The notes under the pieces are model-generated. The model did no database searches. It was not told the DNA's origin and was given only the letters and a program-made list of their open reading frames with translations. From an uncultured delta proteobacterium (lineage in GTDB: Bacteria; Desulfobacterota; Desulfobacteria; Desulfobacterales; Desulfosalsimonadaceae), in NCBI GenBank assembly GCA_963826785.1, contig CAWGYD010000001.1, positions 224,001-288,000 on the forward strand: a stretch of DNA of 64,000 nt, written 5' to 3'. The translations under genes were made by a program, and so were the position numbers. Positions 31,424-40,583 of the stretch are shown piece after piece. Positions within the stretch are counted from its first letter, which is position 1, and each line of letters opens with the position of its first letter.

Positions 31424-32452
31424 ATGGAATGGTTATTCATGTACATGCCGATTGCCGGCATTGAGATTTTCTGGCCGGGTCTCGTGCTCATCGGGTTTGC
31501 CGTAGGGACCATCGGCGGTTTCTTCGGAATGGGCGGGGCTTGGATGGTGACGCCGGGGCTGAATATCCTGGGATTTCCCATGGCTTTTGCCATCGGGACG
31601 GACATGGCCCATATTGCCGGCAAATCGATGATTTCGACCATGCGGCATTCCAAATTTGGAAATGTCGACTACAAACTGGGGCTGGTGATGGTGGTGGGAA
31701 CCATGGCCGGCATCGAAATCGGCGCCCAACTGGTCATGTACCTTGAAAAGCTGGGCAATGTTGGTTCGGTGGTGCGGTGGGTGTATGTTTGCCTGCTGGC
31801 GCTGATCTCCAGCCTGGTATTTTATGATTATTACAAGGCCACCCGGAAAAAGAAGAAGGGGGATGTGGGGGAGCACGGCGCCGAAGGGATTACCTGGTAC
31901 AAGGCCCTTCATAAAATAAAGATTCCGCCCATGGTCTATTTCAAAACCGCCGGTTTCACCGTTTCCGTGTGGCTGCCCATGTTTGTCAGTTTCATCACCG
32001 GCATCCTCGCCGGTTTCCTGGGCATCGGCGGCGGTTTGATCCGCATGCCGTCGCTGGTCTACCTCATCGGCTGCCCCACCCACATCGCAGTGGGCACCGA
32101 CTTGTTCGAGGTGATGATTTCAGGGCTTTACGGGGCGTTCACCTACTCCATGAAGGGGCGCATCGAAATTGTGGCCGTGTTTGTCATGCTGACCGGGGCC
32201 GCCATCGGTGCACAGATCGGCACAGTCGCCACCAAGTATGCCAAAGGCTACGGCATCCGTGTGGCCTTCGGGATCGCCGTGATCTGCTGCATGATTTCGA
32301 TTATCTTAAAAGAATTCAAGTATAACAGTTCCGCCACGGTTCTGATCCTGGGCACCATTGCCCTCATCTGCGCCTACATTGTCAAGATCATGCTGCAGGG
32401 GGCGTTTCAGGAGCTTCGGGACAAGAAGATGGCCCATGCATTTCAGCCGTAA
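31424..32452 (+). CDS. TSUP (TauE/SafE sulfite exporter family) transporter
   Basis: Motifs GGFFGMGGA, AIGTD, GFLGIGGG and AVGTDL. AGGAGG RBS. Confidence 0.9.
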   Translation: MEWLFMYMPIAGIEIFWPGLVLIGFAVGTIGGFFGMGGAWMVTPGLNILGFPMAFAIGTDMAHIAGKSMISTMRHSKFGNVDYKLGLVMVVGTMAGIEIGAQLVMYLEKLGNVGSVVRWVYVCLLALISSLVFYDYYKATRKKKKGDVGEHGAEGITWYKALHKIKIPPMVYFKTAGFTVSVWLPMFVSFITGILAGFLGIGGGLIRMPSLVYLIGCPTHIAVGTDLFEVMISGLYGAFTYSMKGRIEIVAVFVMLTGAAIGAQIGTVATKYAKGYGIRVAFGIAVICCMISIILKEFKYNSSATVLILGTIALICAYIVKIMLQGAFQELRDKKMAHAFQP

Positions 32453-32482
32453 AATGAAAATGGATTTGAAAGGAGAACGCAC

Positions 32483-32813
32483 ATGAAAAAGCCTGTTATT
32501 GCCCTATGCATCCTGCTGATGGGACTGTTTTTTGCCGTCGATGTGATTGCGGCCGAAGTGGCCCAGGGAGAGTGCATCGAATATAATGCCGAGAATCATG
32601 TGATAAAAATTCGGGAGCATGACACGAATTTTTCAAAGAATAAATACGGCAATCCCACCAGCATCGAATCCGAATTCGATGTCTCACTATGCCAAAATCG
32701 GAATGCTGCCCGAACCCGGAGACATGCTGCGAATCGCCTACGATATCGGCGGCAGCAAGAAAATGGCCATCAAGGTCATGAACGTCAGCAAACAGGATAT
32801 AATGAAGAAATAG
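32483..32813 (+). CDS. Small secreted protein, frameshifted at about 32687
   Basis: Signal peptide, then AEVAQGEC...SEFDVS, which continues in another frame as YAKIGMLPEPGDMLRIAY...KQDIMKK. Confidence 0.65.
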
Positions 32814-32886
32814 CGGATTTACATCAAACCAGGCAAAGCGCCCGGAAAAGAGGCGCTTTGCCTGCCTGAAAGAAAGTGTGCGCAAT

Positions 32887-33117
32887 ATGAATATCAAACA
32901 GAAGCTGTTTGTCGTTTTTCTGGACATGGTGGTGCTGGCTGAACTGGCCGCATCCCTTTACTGGTCAAATCAGTTCGGCGACCTGATGACCCCCTTGTTT
33001 CTCAAAATCTATCTGCCCACGGTTCTGGCGACATTGATCATCGGCAAATTCTGCCTCAGCCGGCTCCGGTCCAAAGAGATTGCTGGGGAAACTGCGGATG
33101 CCGTTGCTTCCCACTGA
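32887..33117 (+). CDS. Small two-TM membrane protein
   Basis: Two hydrophobic segments. Co-directional with the operon. Confidence 0.6.
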   Translation: MNIKQKLFVVFLDMVVLAELAASLYWSNQFGDLMTPLFLKIYLPTVLATLIIGKFCLSRLRSKEIAGETADAVASH

Positions 33118-33205
33118 TCCGGATTTAAGCAGGCGCAGCTCAAGGGGTGAACCCTTTTATTGCGCTATAGACCGGATGATCACAATGGATCTGAGATAAA
33201 AGCGG

Positions 33206-33577
33206 CTATTTCTGGTACCATTGCCCGTTTTCATTCTGGAGCCATTCCCCCGGTTTGGCCAGATCCCTGAGCTGTGCGGCCCGCCGTTTCCCCACCAGTT
33301 CGGGGGTGACCCCCTGCTGTTTGGCAATGGCCTCGTAAACCTGGGCCCGGTCACTGTTTTCGGCCTGGACCACATCCGCCTTTTCATGCTGGCCGCCCAC
33401 AAATTCCAGGAAGCCCTTGTTGTTCTCCCCCACGATCCCCTTGGACTTGAGTTCGATGATGACCGGCAGCCGCGCTTTCATCCGCGCCTTGATATCCTGG
33501 GCCTCCGCCGGTCTGACCAGAAACAGGGGCACGGCCAGAAAAGCCAGTAGGAATATGCATATCACATGATTTTTCAT
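33206..33577 (-). CDS. YdbL family (DUF1318) periplasmic protein
   Basis: Motifs GIVGENNKGFL, ENSDRAQVYEAIAK and GEWLQ. Follows ydbH- and ynbE-like genes. Confidence 0.88.
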   Translation of the reverse strand: MKNHVICIFLLAFLAVPLFLVRPAEAQDIKARMKARLPVIIELKSKGIVGENNKGFLEFVGGQHEKADVVQAENSDRAQVYEAIAKQQGVTPELVGKRRAAQLRDLAKPGEWLQNENGQWYQK

Positions 33578-33641
33578 CCTGAAATCTCCCTTATCATTCA
33601 AATATTTATTTTTCAAAAAGGATACCCCGTCTGCAAACCCG

Positions 33642-33869
33642 CTACTGGGCCTGGTCTTCTTGCCGGGCGGCATCGATATCACTGAAATAGTCCTCCAGCG
33701 CCCGATCCACTTTTACCCTCACGTTGACGTTGATGGTCATCGGTTTGACTTCCACCACGTGCTCCGTCCGGATCGGATCCACATGGACCCGGTGCTCCGT
33801 GCAGGCCGTTGCCAGAAGCAAAAGCGCGCCGGCCGCCAGCACGTGCCATCCATTTTTATTGAACCTCAT
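33642..33869 (-). CDS. YnbE-like lipoprotein
   Basis: Lipobox LATAC and 'KPMTINVNVRVKVDRALEDYF'. Lies between ydbH and ydbL. Confidence 0.8.
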   Translation of the reverse strand: MRFNKNGWHVLAAGALLLLATACTEHRVHVDPIRTEHVVEVKPMTINVNVRVKVDRALEDYFSDIDAARQEDQAQ

Positions 33870-33880
33870 TTCTGATCTCC

Positions 33881-36619
33881 TTATTGCAGTGTGTCCCAAA
33901 TGCTTTTATAGCGTAAAATTTTGTTCAGCGGAACCTGAAGGTTTACATTGATCCGGATGCCCTGGAAATGGGATACCTGTCCGCTTCCTTTCATCCGGAT
34001 GAAGCCGCCGGCCGCTTCATCGTAGACGAAAGGAAGCGGATTGACCGGTTTTCCGTTAAACTGCAGGTCGAGAATGAGCATCTCCGCTTCCGTCCGCATG
34101 CGGATTCTCGCCCATTCATACTCATAATCCTTGAGGGCCTCGCGTGCCAGATCGATCTGGTCATACTGGGGCGAGCCCTTGGGGATGCCGGAAGTCAGCA
34201 TCTGGGCGCCGGTCACCTGGATGGTCCCCCCGTCGCCCGGCGTGGTAAAGAGAAATCCGTCATCAAAGATGATCTTTCCCCGGGTATAGTGAACCGGAAC
34301 GTAGCCGTTGACCGTTCCCTTGCCCGCGGCCTGTGCCGCCCCCAGCTGTTCCAGCAGGTCGGCGAGTTCCAGGCGGTCGCAGTACAGGGTGACATCGTAG
34401 TCGTTTACCCCGGGGAAGATCCGCAGGGCCTGGGCATTGACCTGTCCGCCGCACCATTTGAACCCCGATTTTTCCACCAGTATCGATTTTCCCGACTCGA
34501 TCTGAAACTGCATCTGAAGTTCGTTCATGTGGATTTTCCCCATGGACAGCTGCGCTATGCTCAGTTCCTGGGCCGGTGCGCTGCGCAGCGTCAAAAGCTC
34601 CGGCATGTCGATCTTCAGCCGGATATTTTTTGCGGTCATGTCGCCTGATTTGATCCGCACGTCGCAATTTTCAAGTGTTGCGGATGCCGAAGCGTGAAGA
34701 CCGCCAGGGCCGGATGCCATCGTTCCGGACACGGTCAGGTCGCCGTTTACACTCACCCCTTTGAGGTCCGGCATCACCTTTGCCAGGTCCAAGTCGTTTT
34801 TGACGTGATATCCGCCGTCGAACCGCACCTCGCTTTTGCCGGATTCGGAAAGAAAATGAGAAAACCCCGTAAGCCGGACCACCGCGCCCGGCAGCAGGTC
34901 CCCTGCCAATGTGCCCGTGAAGGCCAGCCCTGCCAGATCCTGATAAACAATGCCCTTGAGGCTGCCGACCCGGCGATTGGCATATTGAATGCCGGCTGCG
35001 GAGAATTTACCCGCTGGAGAAGGCGCCCAGGGCCAGTGCAAGGGAAGGCGGGCATCGATGCCGGTGACCTCAAGTCCGGATTCGGGATTGCTCAGGCGCC
35101 CCTTGCCCAGGGTGAATGCCCCGTCGAATTCCCGATTCTGGTCTCCGGCTGATTTCCATCCTCCGGATAGGCCGAAATCGGGGATTTCCAGGGTGTTTTT
35201 TCCCAGTCGAACCCGCCCTTTTGTACCGGCAACCGCAATGGTCCCGCTGGCCGCGCTGTCCGCGCCCCAAAGCACGTCTCCGTTTACGGACACCAAGCTG
35301 CTGTTAAGATCGATGCCGATCGTGGCCCGGGGATGGGGCAGAACCGCGTGATACTCTATTTTTCCATTATCCGGTCCTCCCCGGCCCGAAATATCGAGTT
35401 CGGGCCGGCCCGCTGCAAAAAAACGCTCATCCGCTTCGATGCTCCACTGCCGGGCCTCTGCTTCGGCAGGGGCATTGCCTAAATTAAAACGCCAGCTGTC
35501 TTTGTCATCGTATGCGCCGGAAAAATTGACATCCAGGTGCAGAGGGGCGGTGACTTTAAATGCGCCGGGGCCTTTTGTTTCATCTGTTTTAACAAAAAGA
35601 GCTGCGTGCCCGGAGGTATCGATGCCACCCCCCGCTACCCGCCGAATTTGGCCTTCCAGGGTGGAAATTCCCATGAAAAGAGGCGATTGGATGGCCAGGC
35701 CGGAAGCGGAGAAGCCCCATTCACGCCCATTGACGCTTTTGACCTGTATCTGCAGGGGCGGATTGGTTTGCGCATCCGCCCTCGTGGTTTGGAGTTGATA
35801 CGCCTTGTAGGCGGAGCCGGCATTGCAAAATTGCGCTTCGGCCTGGGCCGATGCGATCTCAAACGGATTCAGGCGGATGTCTCCACCGGCCACCAGGTTA
35901 AGCGCGCCTTTCAGGGTAAGGCCTTGAATGTTTCCGATGATATCGGCAAACCGCTGGGGGGCAAACTCATCGGATTTCATCTTCCAGTGAACCGTTTTGT
36001 CCGCCATGTCGTAATCGGCTTCCAGTGCGATCTCCTGCTGCCGGGGAAGCAGGTGGACCGTTCCGTGCAGCACCTGGGCATTATCTGTTTCTGAAAACCG
36101 GGCATTTAAGGGGATGCGATAGATGCTGCCCTGCCACTCAAAAAGGATGACCGCGCTGCGGATCTCCATGGTGTCAAAGGAAAACGGCAGGTCCGTACCG
36201 GTTGATGCGGCCGGGGATGTGCCCGGAGGGGAAGGGCGGCCGGCCGGCTGCTTCAAATCGAATCCGCGGATGGAGAATTCACCTTCCCGGTAGGCGCAAT
36301 GAAGCTCAAGCCCGCTGATAAGGAGGTGCCGGACATGCCGGCGCATCAATCCGGCCGGGGTGTACTCGAGCCGCACCAGGTCGGCTTTAAGCGCCTGGGC
36401 CCGATCCGGGCCGATGCGCACTGATGCGATCACCGCGCCCGTGGCACCGATTTTGCCCACATCCCAGTCAAACCCGGCCAGCCCCTTTCCCCGGATCGTC
36501 TGTAAAAAGGATTCCGAATTCAGGTAGAGCGGGAGCAGGAAGCACCATGCCGACAGCAGGGCGATGATCAGGACCAGAAAAGCCGGCAGAATATAACAAA
36601 TTTTTTGTTTCCATGCCAT
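33881..36619 (-). CDS. YdbH/AsmA-like intermembrane lipid transport protein
   Basis: N-terminal TM, long beta-rich body and C-terminal 'GTVNGYVPV...EALKDYEY...INVNL'. Syntenic with ynbE-ydbL. Confidence 0.82.
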   Translation of the reverse strand: MAWKQKICYILPAFLVLIIALLSAWCFLLPLYLNSESFLQTIRGKGLAGFDWDVGKIGATGAVIASVRIGPDRAQALKADLVRLEYTPAGLMRRHVRHLLISGLELHCAYREGEFSIRGFDLKQPAGRPSPPGTSPAASTGTDLPFSFDTMEIRSAVILFEWQGSIYRIPLNARFSETDNAQVLHGTVHLLPRQQEIALEADYDMADKTVHWKMKSDEFAPQRFADIIGNIQGLTLKGALNLVAGGDIRLNPFEIASAQAEAQFCNAGSAYKAYQLQTTRADAQTNPPLQIQVKSVNGREWGFSASGLAIQSPLFMGISTLEGQIRRVAGGGIDTSGHAALFVKTDETKGPGAFKVTAPLHLDVNFSGAYDDKDSWRFNLGNAPAEAEARQWSIEADERFFAAGRPELDISGRGGPDNGKIEYHAVLPHPRATIGIDLNSSLVSVNGDVLWGADSAASGTIAVAGTKGRVRLGKNTLEIPDFGLSGGWKSAGDQNREFDGAFTLGKGRLSNPESGLEVTGIDARLPLHWPWAPSPAGKFSAAGIQYANRRVGSLKGIVYQDLAGLAFTGTLAGDLLPGAVVRLTGFSHFLSESGKSEVRFDGGYHVKNDLDLAKVMPDLKGVSVNGDLTVSGTMASGPGGLHASASATLENCDVRIKSGDMTAKNIRLKIDMPELLTLRSAPAQELSIAQLSMGKIHMNELQMQFQIESGKSILVEKSGFKWCGGQVNAQALRIFPGVNDYDVTLYCDRLELADLLEQLGAAQAAGKGTVNGYVPVHYTRGKIIFDDGFLFTTPGDGGTIQVTGAQMLTSGIPKGSPQYDQIDLAREALKDYEYEWARIRMRTEAEMLILDLQFNGKPVNPLPFVYDEAAGGFIRMKGSGQVSHFQGIRINVNLQVPLNKILRYKSIWDTLQ

Positions 36620-36785
36620 GGCGGGCTAAATTCCAGGTGTTTGTCCGGCATTTTATGGGCCTTCGGGGATGCGCCCTTTACGTTTTTGCGTCGTCGGACT
36701 TTCGTAAAAACGATGCCGGTGAGGTCAAAATGTATGACATATTCGGCAGGGGTGTCAAATGTATAACTGCTTATTCTTAAACTCT

Positions 36786-36931
36786 TACAAGCCATCTCAA
36801 AAAAACATCTAACCTCCAATAGCTGCGTTATGGACCTTTTCAAAATACTCACATATATGAGATATGCTCCGTTTTTTCATCGGCCCATGCCTTGCTCTTG
36901 GGGGCGATCTGCTTTTTTGAGATGGCTTGTA
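36786..36931. mobile_element. MITE (non-autonomous inverted-repeat element)
   Basis: Perfect 19-bp inverted ends TACAAGCCATCTCAAAAAA / TTTTTTGAGATGGCTTGTA. The outer TA may be a target-site duplication. No transposase ORF. Confidence 0.75.
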
Positions 36932-37169
36932 GTATCGGTTTATGGTGCCATTGACTGCCCCACCTTAAAATCCCCCTAAATCCTCATTTTTCCAAGGGAA
37001 CTTTTAAATTTTTACATAAAAACGCTTTTGTTGAAATGAATTGGGGTTTTACGCGGACCCTCCATTCCGGCCCATCTTATGAAATGGAGGCATAAAAAGG
37101 AACAACCGGGGCAGAAATGAAATCCATGCCCCGGTGTTTTTGCGGGGGGTGTGGCGCAGTTTTTATAGA

Positions 37170-37790
37170 TCAGCCGCGCGCGCTGGTGGGCTGCAGCCTC
37201 TCGCTGATAATGGTGCACACCGATTCGATCACATCCGTTGCGGTCAGGGTGGAGTCGGGTTTTGTGGTTTCCGAAACCGCCGACCAAATCACCTTTTTCG
37301 TTTCCGCATCATAAAGACGGGTCTGCAGTTTGACAAATTTTTCAGGCACGCGTCTGTTTTTGCGAAACTTTTCCAGCATGCCGTAATAGTTGCCGCCGGA
37401 TTCATATGCATGCAGGATGGGATTGTATTCCGGCACCCACGTGTCCTTTTCCCCGATTTCGACCACTTGCGTGAGCAGGACAAAATCGATTCCCTGCCTG
37501 TGGGCTTCCGCCAGGGCCGTATCCGCATCAGGATTTAACCCATCCATGCTGTCCGTGCTTTTAACAACCTGGATCCCTTTCTGGGTGAATTCCGCAGCCA
37601 GCGTTTCTTCAAAAAGGGTTCGGATTTTAAGATCATCTGCTGCGCCAACGATCAGCAATTTTTTCGCAAGGGGCTGTTGAGATCCTATATCCGACCAATT
37701 TGAAACCATTCGCGTGCTGGCGCAGGAAGTCAGCATGAGTACTGCCAGCAGGATCATTGCTGATCTGGATGCATAATCTTTCATTTTCAT
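37170..37790 (-). CDS. Putative lipoprotein (DUF4136-like)
   Basis: AGGAGG RBS, lipobox LTSC and C-terminal 'LYDAETKKVIWSAVSET'. Confidence 0.75.
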   Translation of the reverse strand: MKMKDYASRSAMILLAVLMLTSCASTRMVSNWSDIGSQQPLAKKLLIVGAADDLKIRTLFEETLAAEFTQKGIQVVKSTDSMDGLNPDADTALAEAHRQGIDFVLLTQVVEIGEKDTWVPEYNPILHAYESGGNYYGMLEKFRKNRRVPEKFVKLQTRLYDAETKKVIWSAVSETTKPDSTLTATDVIESVCTIISERLQPTSARG

Positions 37791-37944
37791 TTCTATCTCC
37801 TCCTTTTTAAAAGTTTGATAAGCCGTAAGTCGGATTTTTCGCTTTGTCTTCCGACGGAGCCCGGCTGGGTGTACTGGCGGGATATAATGCTTTTTTTACC
37901 GGGCCATCAAATTCGGTCGCTCCGTGAATTCATGTTCAACGTAA

Positions 37945-37960
37945 TGCCAGAATGATGCCA
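37945..37960 (-). promoter_or_regulatory. Sigma-54 promoter for the lipoprotein gene
   Basis: Minus strand reads TGGCATCATTCTGGCA (GG-N10-GC). Divergent from an enhancer-binding protein gene. Confidence 0.6.
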
Positions 37961-38013
37961 AAACAAAATTGGTTACTATTCCAGAGGTTTGGATTCTGAC
38001 TCATACAAAATGA

Positions 38014-38051
38014 CCGTATATGGCTAATAATAATTGCCGTATATGGCTAAT
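38014..38051. promoter_or_regulatory. Tandem 15-bp repeat, candidate enhancer (UAS) for the adjacent activator
   Basis: CCGTATATGGCTAAT at 38014-38028 and 38037-38051, each with a near-palindromic core. Confidence 0.6.
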
Positions 38052-38098
38052 CGTGCCATAATGTTCATATGTGAACATCATGCGGATGGAATATCGAA

Positions 38099-39682
38099 AT
38101 GAACGCGGCCTTGAATATTGATCCCAATGAATTTTTTCGGCAGGCCACCGTCCGGATCTGCAGCAGCCTGGACATCGAAATTGCCCTGAAACGGATGCAG
38201 CAGTACGTCAACCGGTTCATCCCGGCAGAATCAGTATCGTTGATGATCTTTGATCCTGCAAAAAGCATTTTTTTCAGCGTTGCCGGCAGTATCGCCAAAA
38301 CCGAACAGGGCATGGGGAAAAATTTTTCCCTGCCGCCGGACAGGGAAATCCGGGCGAGGTGGGTAAAACGGCACCTGGAATTTGAAAAATTCGTGGTGGT
38401 CAATGATCTTGAGCAGGATCGGGATCTTTCCGAATTATTTTCGATCCTGGGGCTCAATACCCATATTTCTTTTATTACCATCCGGCTGGAACTCGAAGGC
38501 AATCGATTGGGCGCCCTCTGGGTCTCCACCCCCGGTAAACATCAGTACACCGACCGGCAGGCGGAATTGCTCTACATCCTGCGCGAACCCATCGCCATTG
38601 CCATGTCCAATGCGCTTCGGCACCGGGAAGTGCTCGACCGCAACGATGCCCTGCTCGATGACATCCGCTACCTCCATGACCAGCTGCATGAGCGATCCGG
38701 AGATGCAATTATCGGTGCGGACCTGGGATTAAAGCCGGTCATGGAAATGGTGCATCAGGTGGCCGGCCTCGACAGCCCGGTGCTCATCCTGGGGGAAACC
38801 GGGGTGGGAAAGGAAATGATCGCCGATGCCATCCATTTCGGGTCGAACAGGAGAAACGGACCGCTGATCAAGGTCAACTGCGGGGCCATTCCCGAAAGCC
38901 TGATGGACAGTGAACTGTTCGGGCATGAAAAAGGGGCGTTTACCGGGGCATCGGCCCGGACAAGGGGGCGGTTCGAGCGGGCCGACCGGGGCACCATCTT
39001 TCTGGATGAAATCGGCGAACTATCGGCCCAGGCCCAGGTCCGCCTGCTGCGGGTGCTTCAGGAAAAAAAAATCGAGCGGGTGGGGGGCACGAAAGAAATC
39101 CCCGTGGATGTGCGGATTGTTTCGGCCACCCACCGCAACCTTCAGGACATGCTGGCGGCCGGTGCATTTCGGGAGGACCTGTGGTTCCGCCTCAATGTCT
39201 TTCCGATCATGATTCCGCCGCTGCGGGAACGCCGGGAGGACATACCGGCGCTGGTGGCGTATTTCGTGGCCGAAAAAGCCAAAGAACTGAAGATGAAGCC
39301 GCCGCCGGAACTGCACCCGGGCGAGCTCAAACCGCTGTTTTCCCATGACTGGCCCGGAAATGTCAGGGAACTGCAGAACCTGATTGAACGCGCTCTGATC
39401 CGCTACCGGGGCGGCCGTCTTTCCTTTGAAACCATCCTCGGCGCAGAGCCTCGGGCGGCCCGGACCGAATCGCAGGCCTGCCGTGCCCCGGGCGACATGG
39501 CCACCCTGGATGAGGCCATGGCCGGCCATATCCGGTCGGTCCTGGAAAAGACCGGCGGAAAGATCAGCGGCGCAAATGGCGCTGCTGAAATTCTGGGTCT
39601 GCCCTACAGCACCCTGCGCAACCGGATGATCCGTCTGGGCATTTCGTTTGGCAGAAGCAGCAGGGAAAAAAAATTCACCTGA
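38099..39682 (+). CDS. GAF-domain sigma-54-dependent Fis family activator (FhlA/NifA-like)
   Basis: N-terminal GAF-like region, GETGVGKE, GAFTGA and WPGNVREL, then a Fis HTH 'GAAEILGLPYSTLRNRM'. Confidence 0.93.
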   Translation: MNAALNIDPNEFFRQATVRICSSLDIEIALKRMQQYVNRFIPAESVSLMIFDPAKSIFFSVAGSIAKTEQGMGKNFSLPPDREIRARWVKRHLEFEKFVVVNDLEQDRDLSELFSILGLNTHISFITIRLELEGNRLGALWVSTPGKHQYTDRQAELLYILREPIAIAMSNALRHREVLDRNDALLDDIRYLHDQLHERSGDAIIGADLGLKPVMEMVHQVAGLDSPVLILGETGVGKEMIADAIHFGSNRRNGPLIKVNCGAIPESLMDSELFGHEKGAFTGASARTRGRFERADRGTIFLDEIGELSAQAQVRLLRVLQEKKIERVGGTKEIPVDVRIVSATHRNLQDMLAAGAFREDLWFRLNVFPIMIPPLRERREDIPALVAYFVAEKAKELKMKPPPELHPGELKPLFSHDWPGNVRELQNLIERALIRYRGGRLSFETILGAEPRAARTESQACRAPGDMATLDEAMAGHIRSVLEKTGGKISGANGAAEILGLPYSTLRNRMIRLGISFGRSSREKKFT

Positions 39683-39731
39683 AGCGCCGGTAATCTCTGA
39701 TTGAATGTCGGTATCCGGTTAAAACCGGCAC

Positions 39732-40566
39732 TTATTCGACCGAAATTTCGGCATCTTCGATGATGACCGGGTATTTGAGCCCGAATCCGAAATCCCGGTC
39801 CACGGAAACAGTGCCGTTGATCAGGACCGTATCTCCAACCTTTGCCGTACCGGTCGTCGTGACGATCAGGTCGTTGGCGCCTTCCTCGCCGGTGCCGTCC
39901 TGCACGTGGAGCCAGTTTTTTCCCATGATATCTGCGGTGAATTTGACCACCCGGGCCCGGATCTTTACTTTTTTTCCGGCCAGGCTTTCCCGCTGGGTGA
40001 TAATTTCAGACACCGTCTGCCCGCCTTGTGCCTTTTGAATGGACTCCTGCTTCAATCCCGGCATCCGGGGCCGCTCCGCCCATCATGGGCGAGGGTGTCA
40101 TCTGCCCGTCCGCCGGCTCGCCGATGGGGGGATGTCCTTCGGGCAGCGCCGTTTCCGCCGGGTTTGCCGACGGTTCTCCTTCCTTGCGGATCTGGCCCAC
40201 AAAATAGATCATGTCAAAATCGCGGTTAAGCGTTTTGCTGTGGAAATCCGCCATGGGCATTCCGGGCGGCACCTCGACCACATCACCGGCCTTGCCGTTG
40301 AAGACGGGGACTGCCACCCAGACTTTTTTCGTACCCGTATCGATCTGGACGTAGGCGTATCTGCCGGTATCGATCTTCTCCACCACCTCTCCTTTAAATG
40401 GCTCCGACATTTCGCCGGCATTTTCCGAAGCCGGCTGATCGCTGCCGGCGGATTTCGCGGACGACTTTCCATCCGTCCCGCCGGTCACCGGGTTGCAGCC
40501 GGCAAGGATCGTCAGTGACAGAAGCGCCAGCATGCACGCCAGCCAATGGTGAGATATTCTTTTCAT
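39732..40566 (-). CDS. NrfJ-like lipoprotein with OB-fold domains, frameshifted at about 40040
   Basis: Lipobox LAGC, 'GEVVEKIDTGRYAYVQI...VWVAVP' and 'LPEGHPP'. The second frame reads 'VVKFTADIMGKNWLHVQDGTG...DFGFGLKY'. Confidence 0.65.
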
Positions 40567-40583
40567 TTTTATCATTCCTCCTT

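Noticed and set aside
38099..39682. GAF sigma-54 activator as the regulator of the cytochrome cluster
   Set aside because: It only converges on the cluster's 3' end, a nearer divergent target exists, and the cluster promoter lies outside the window.
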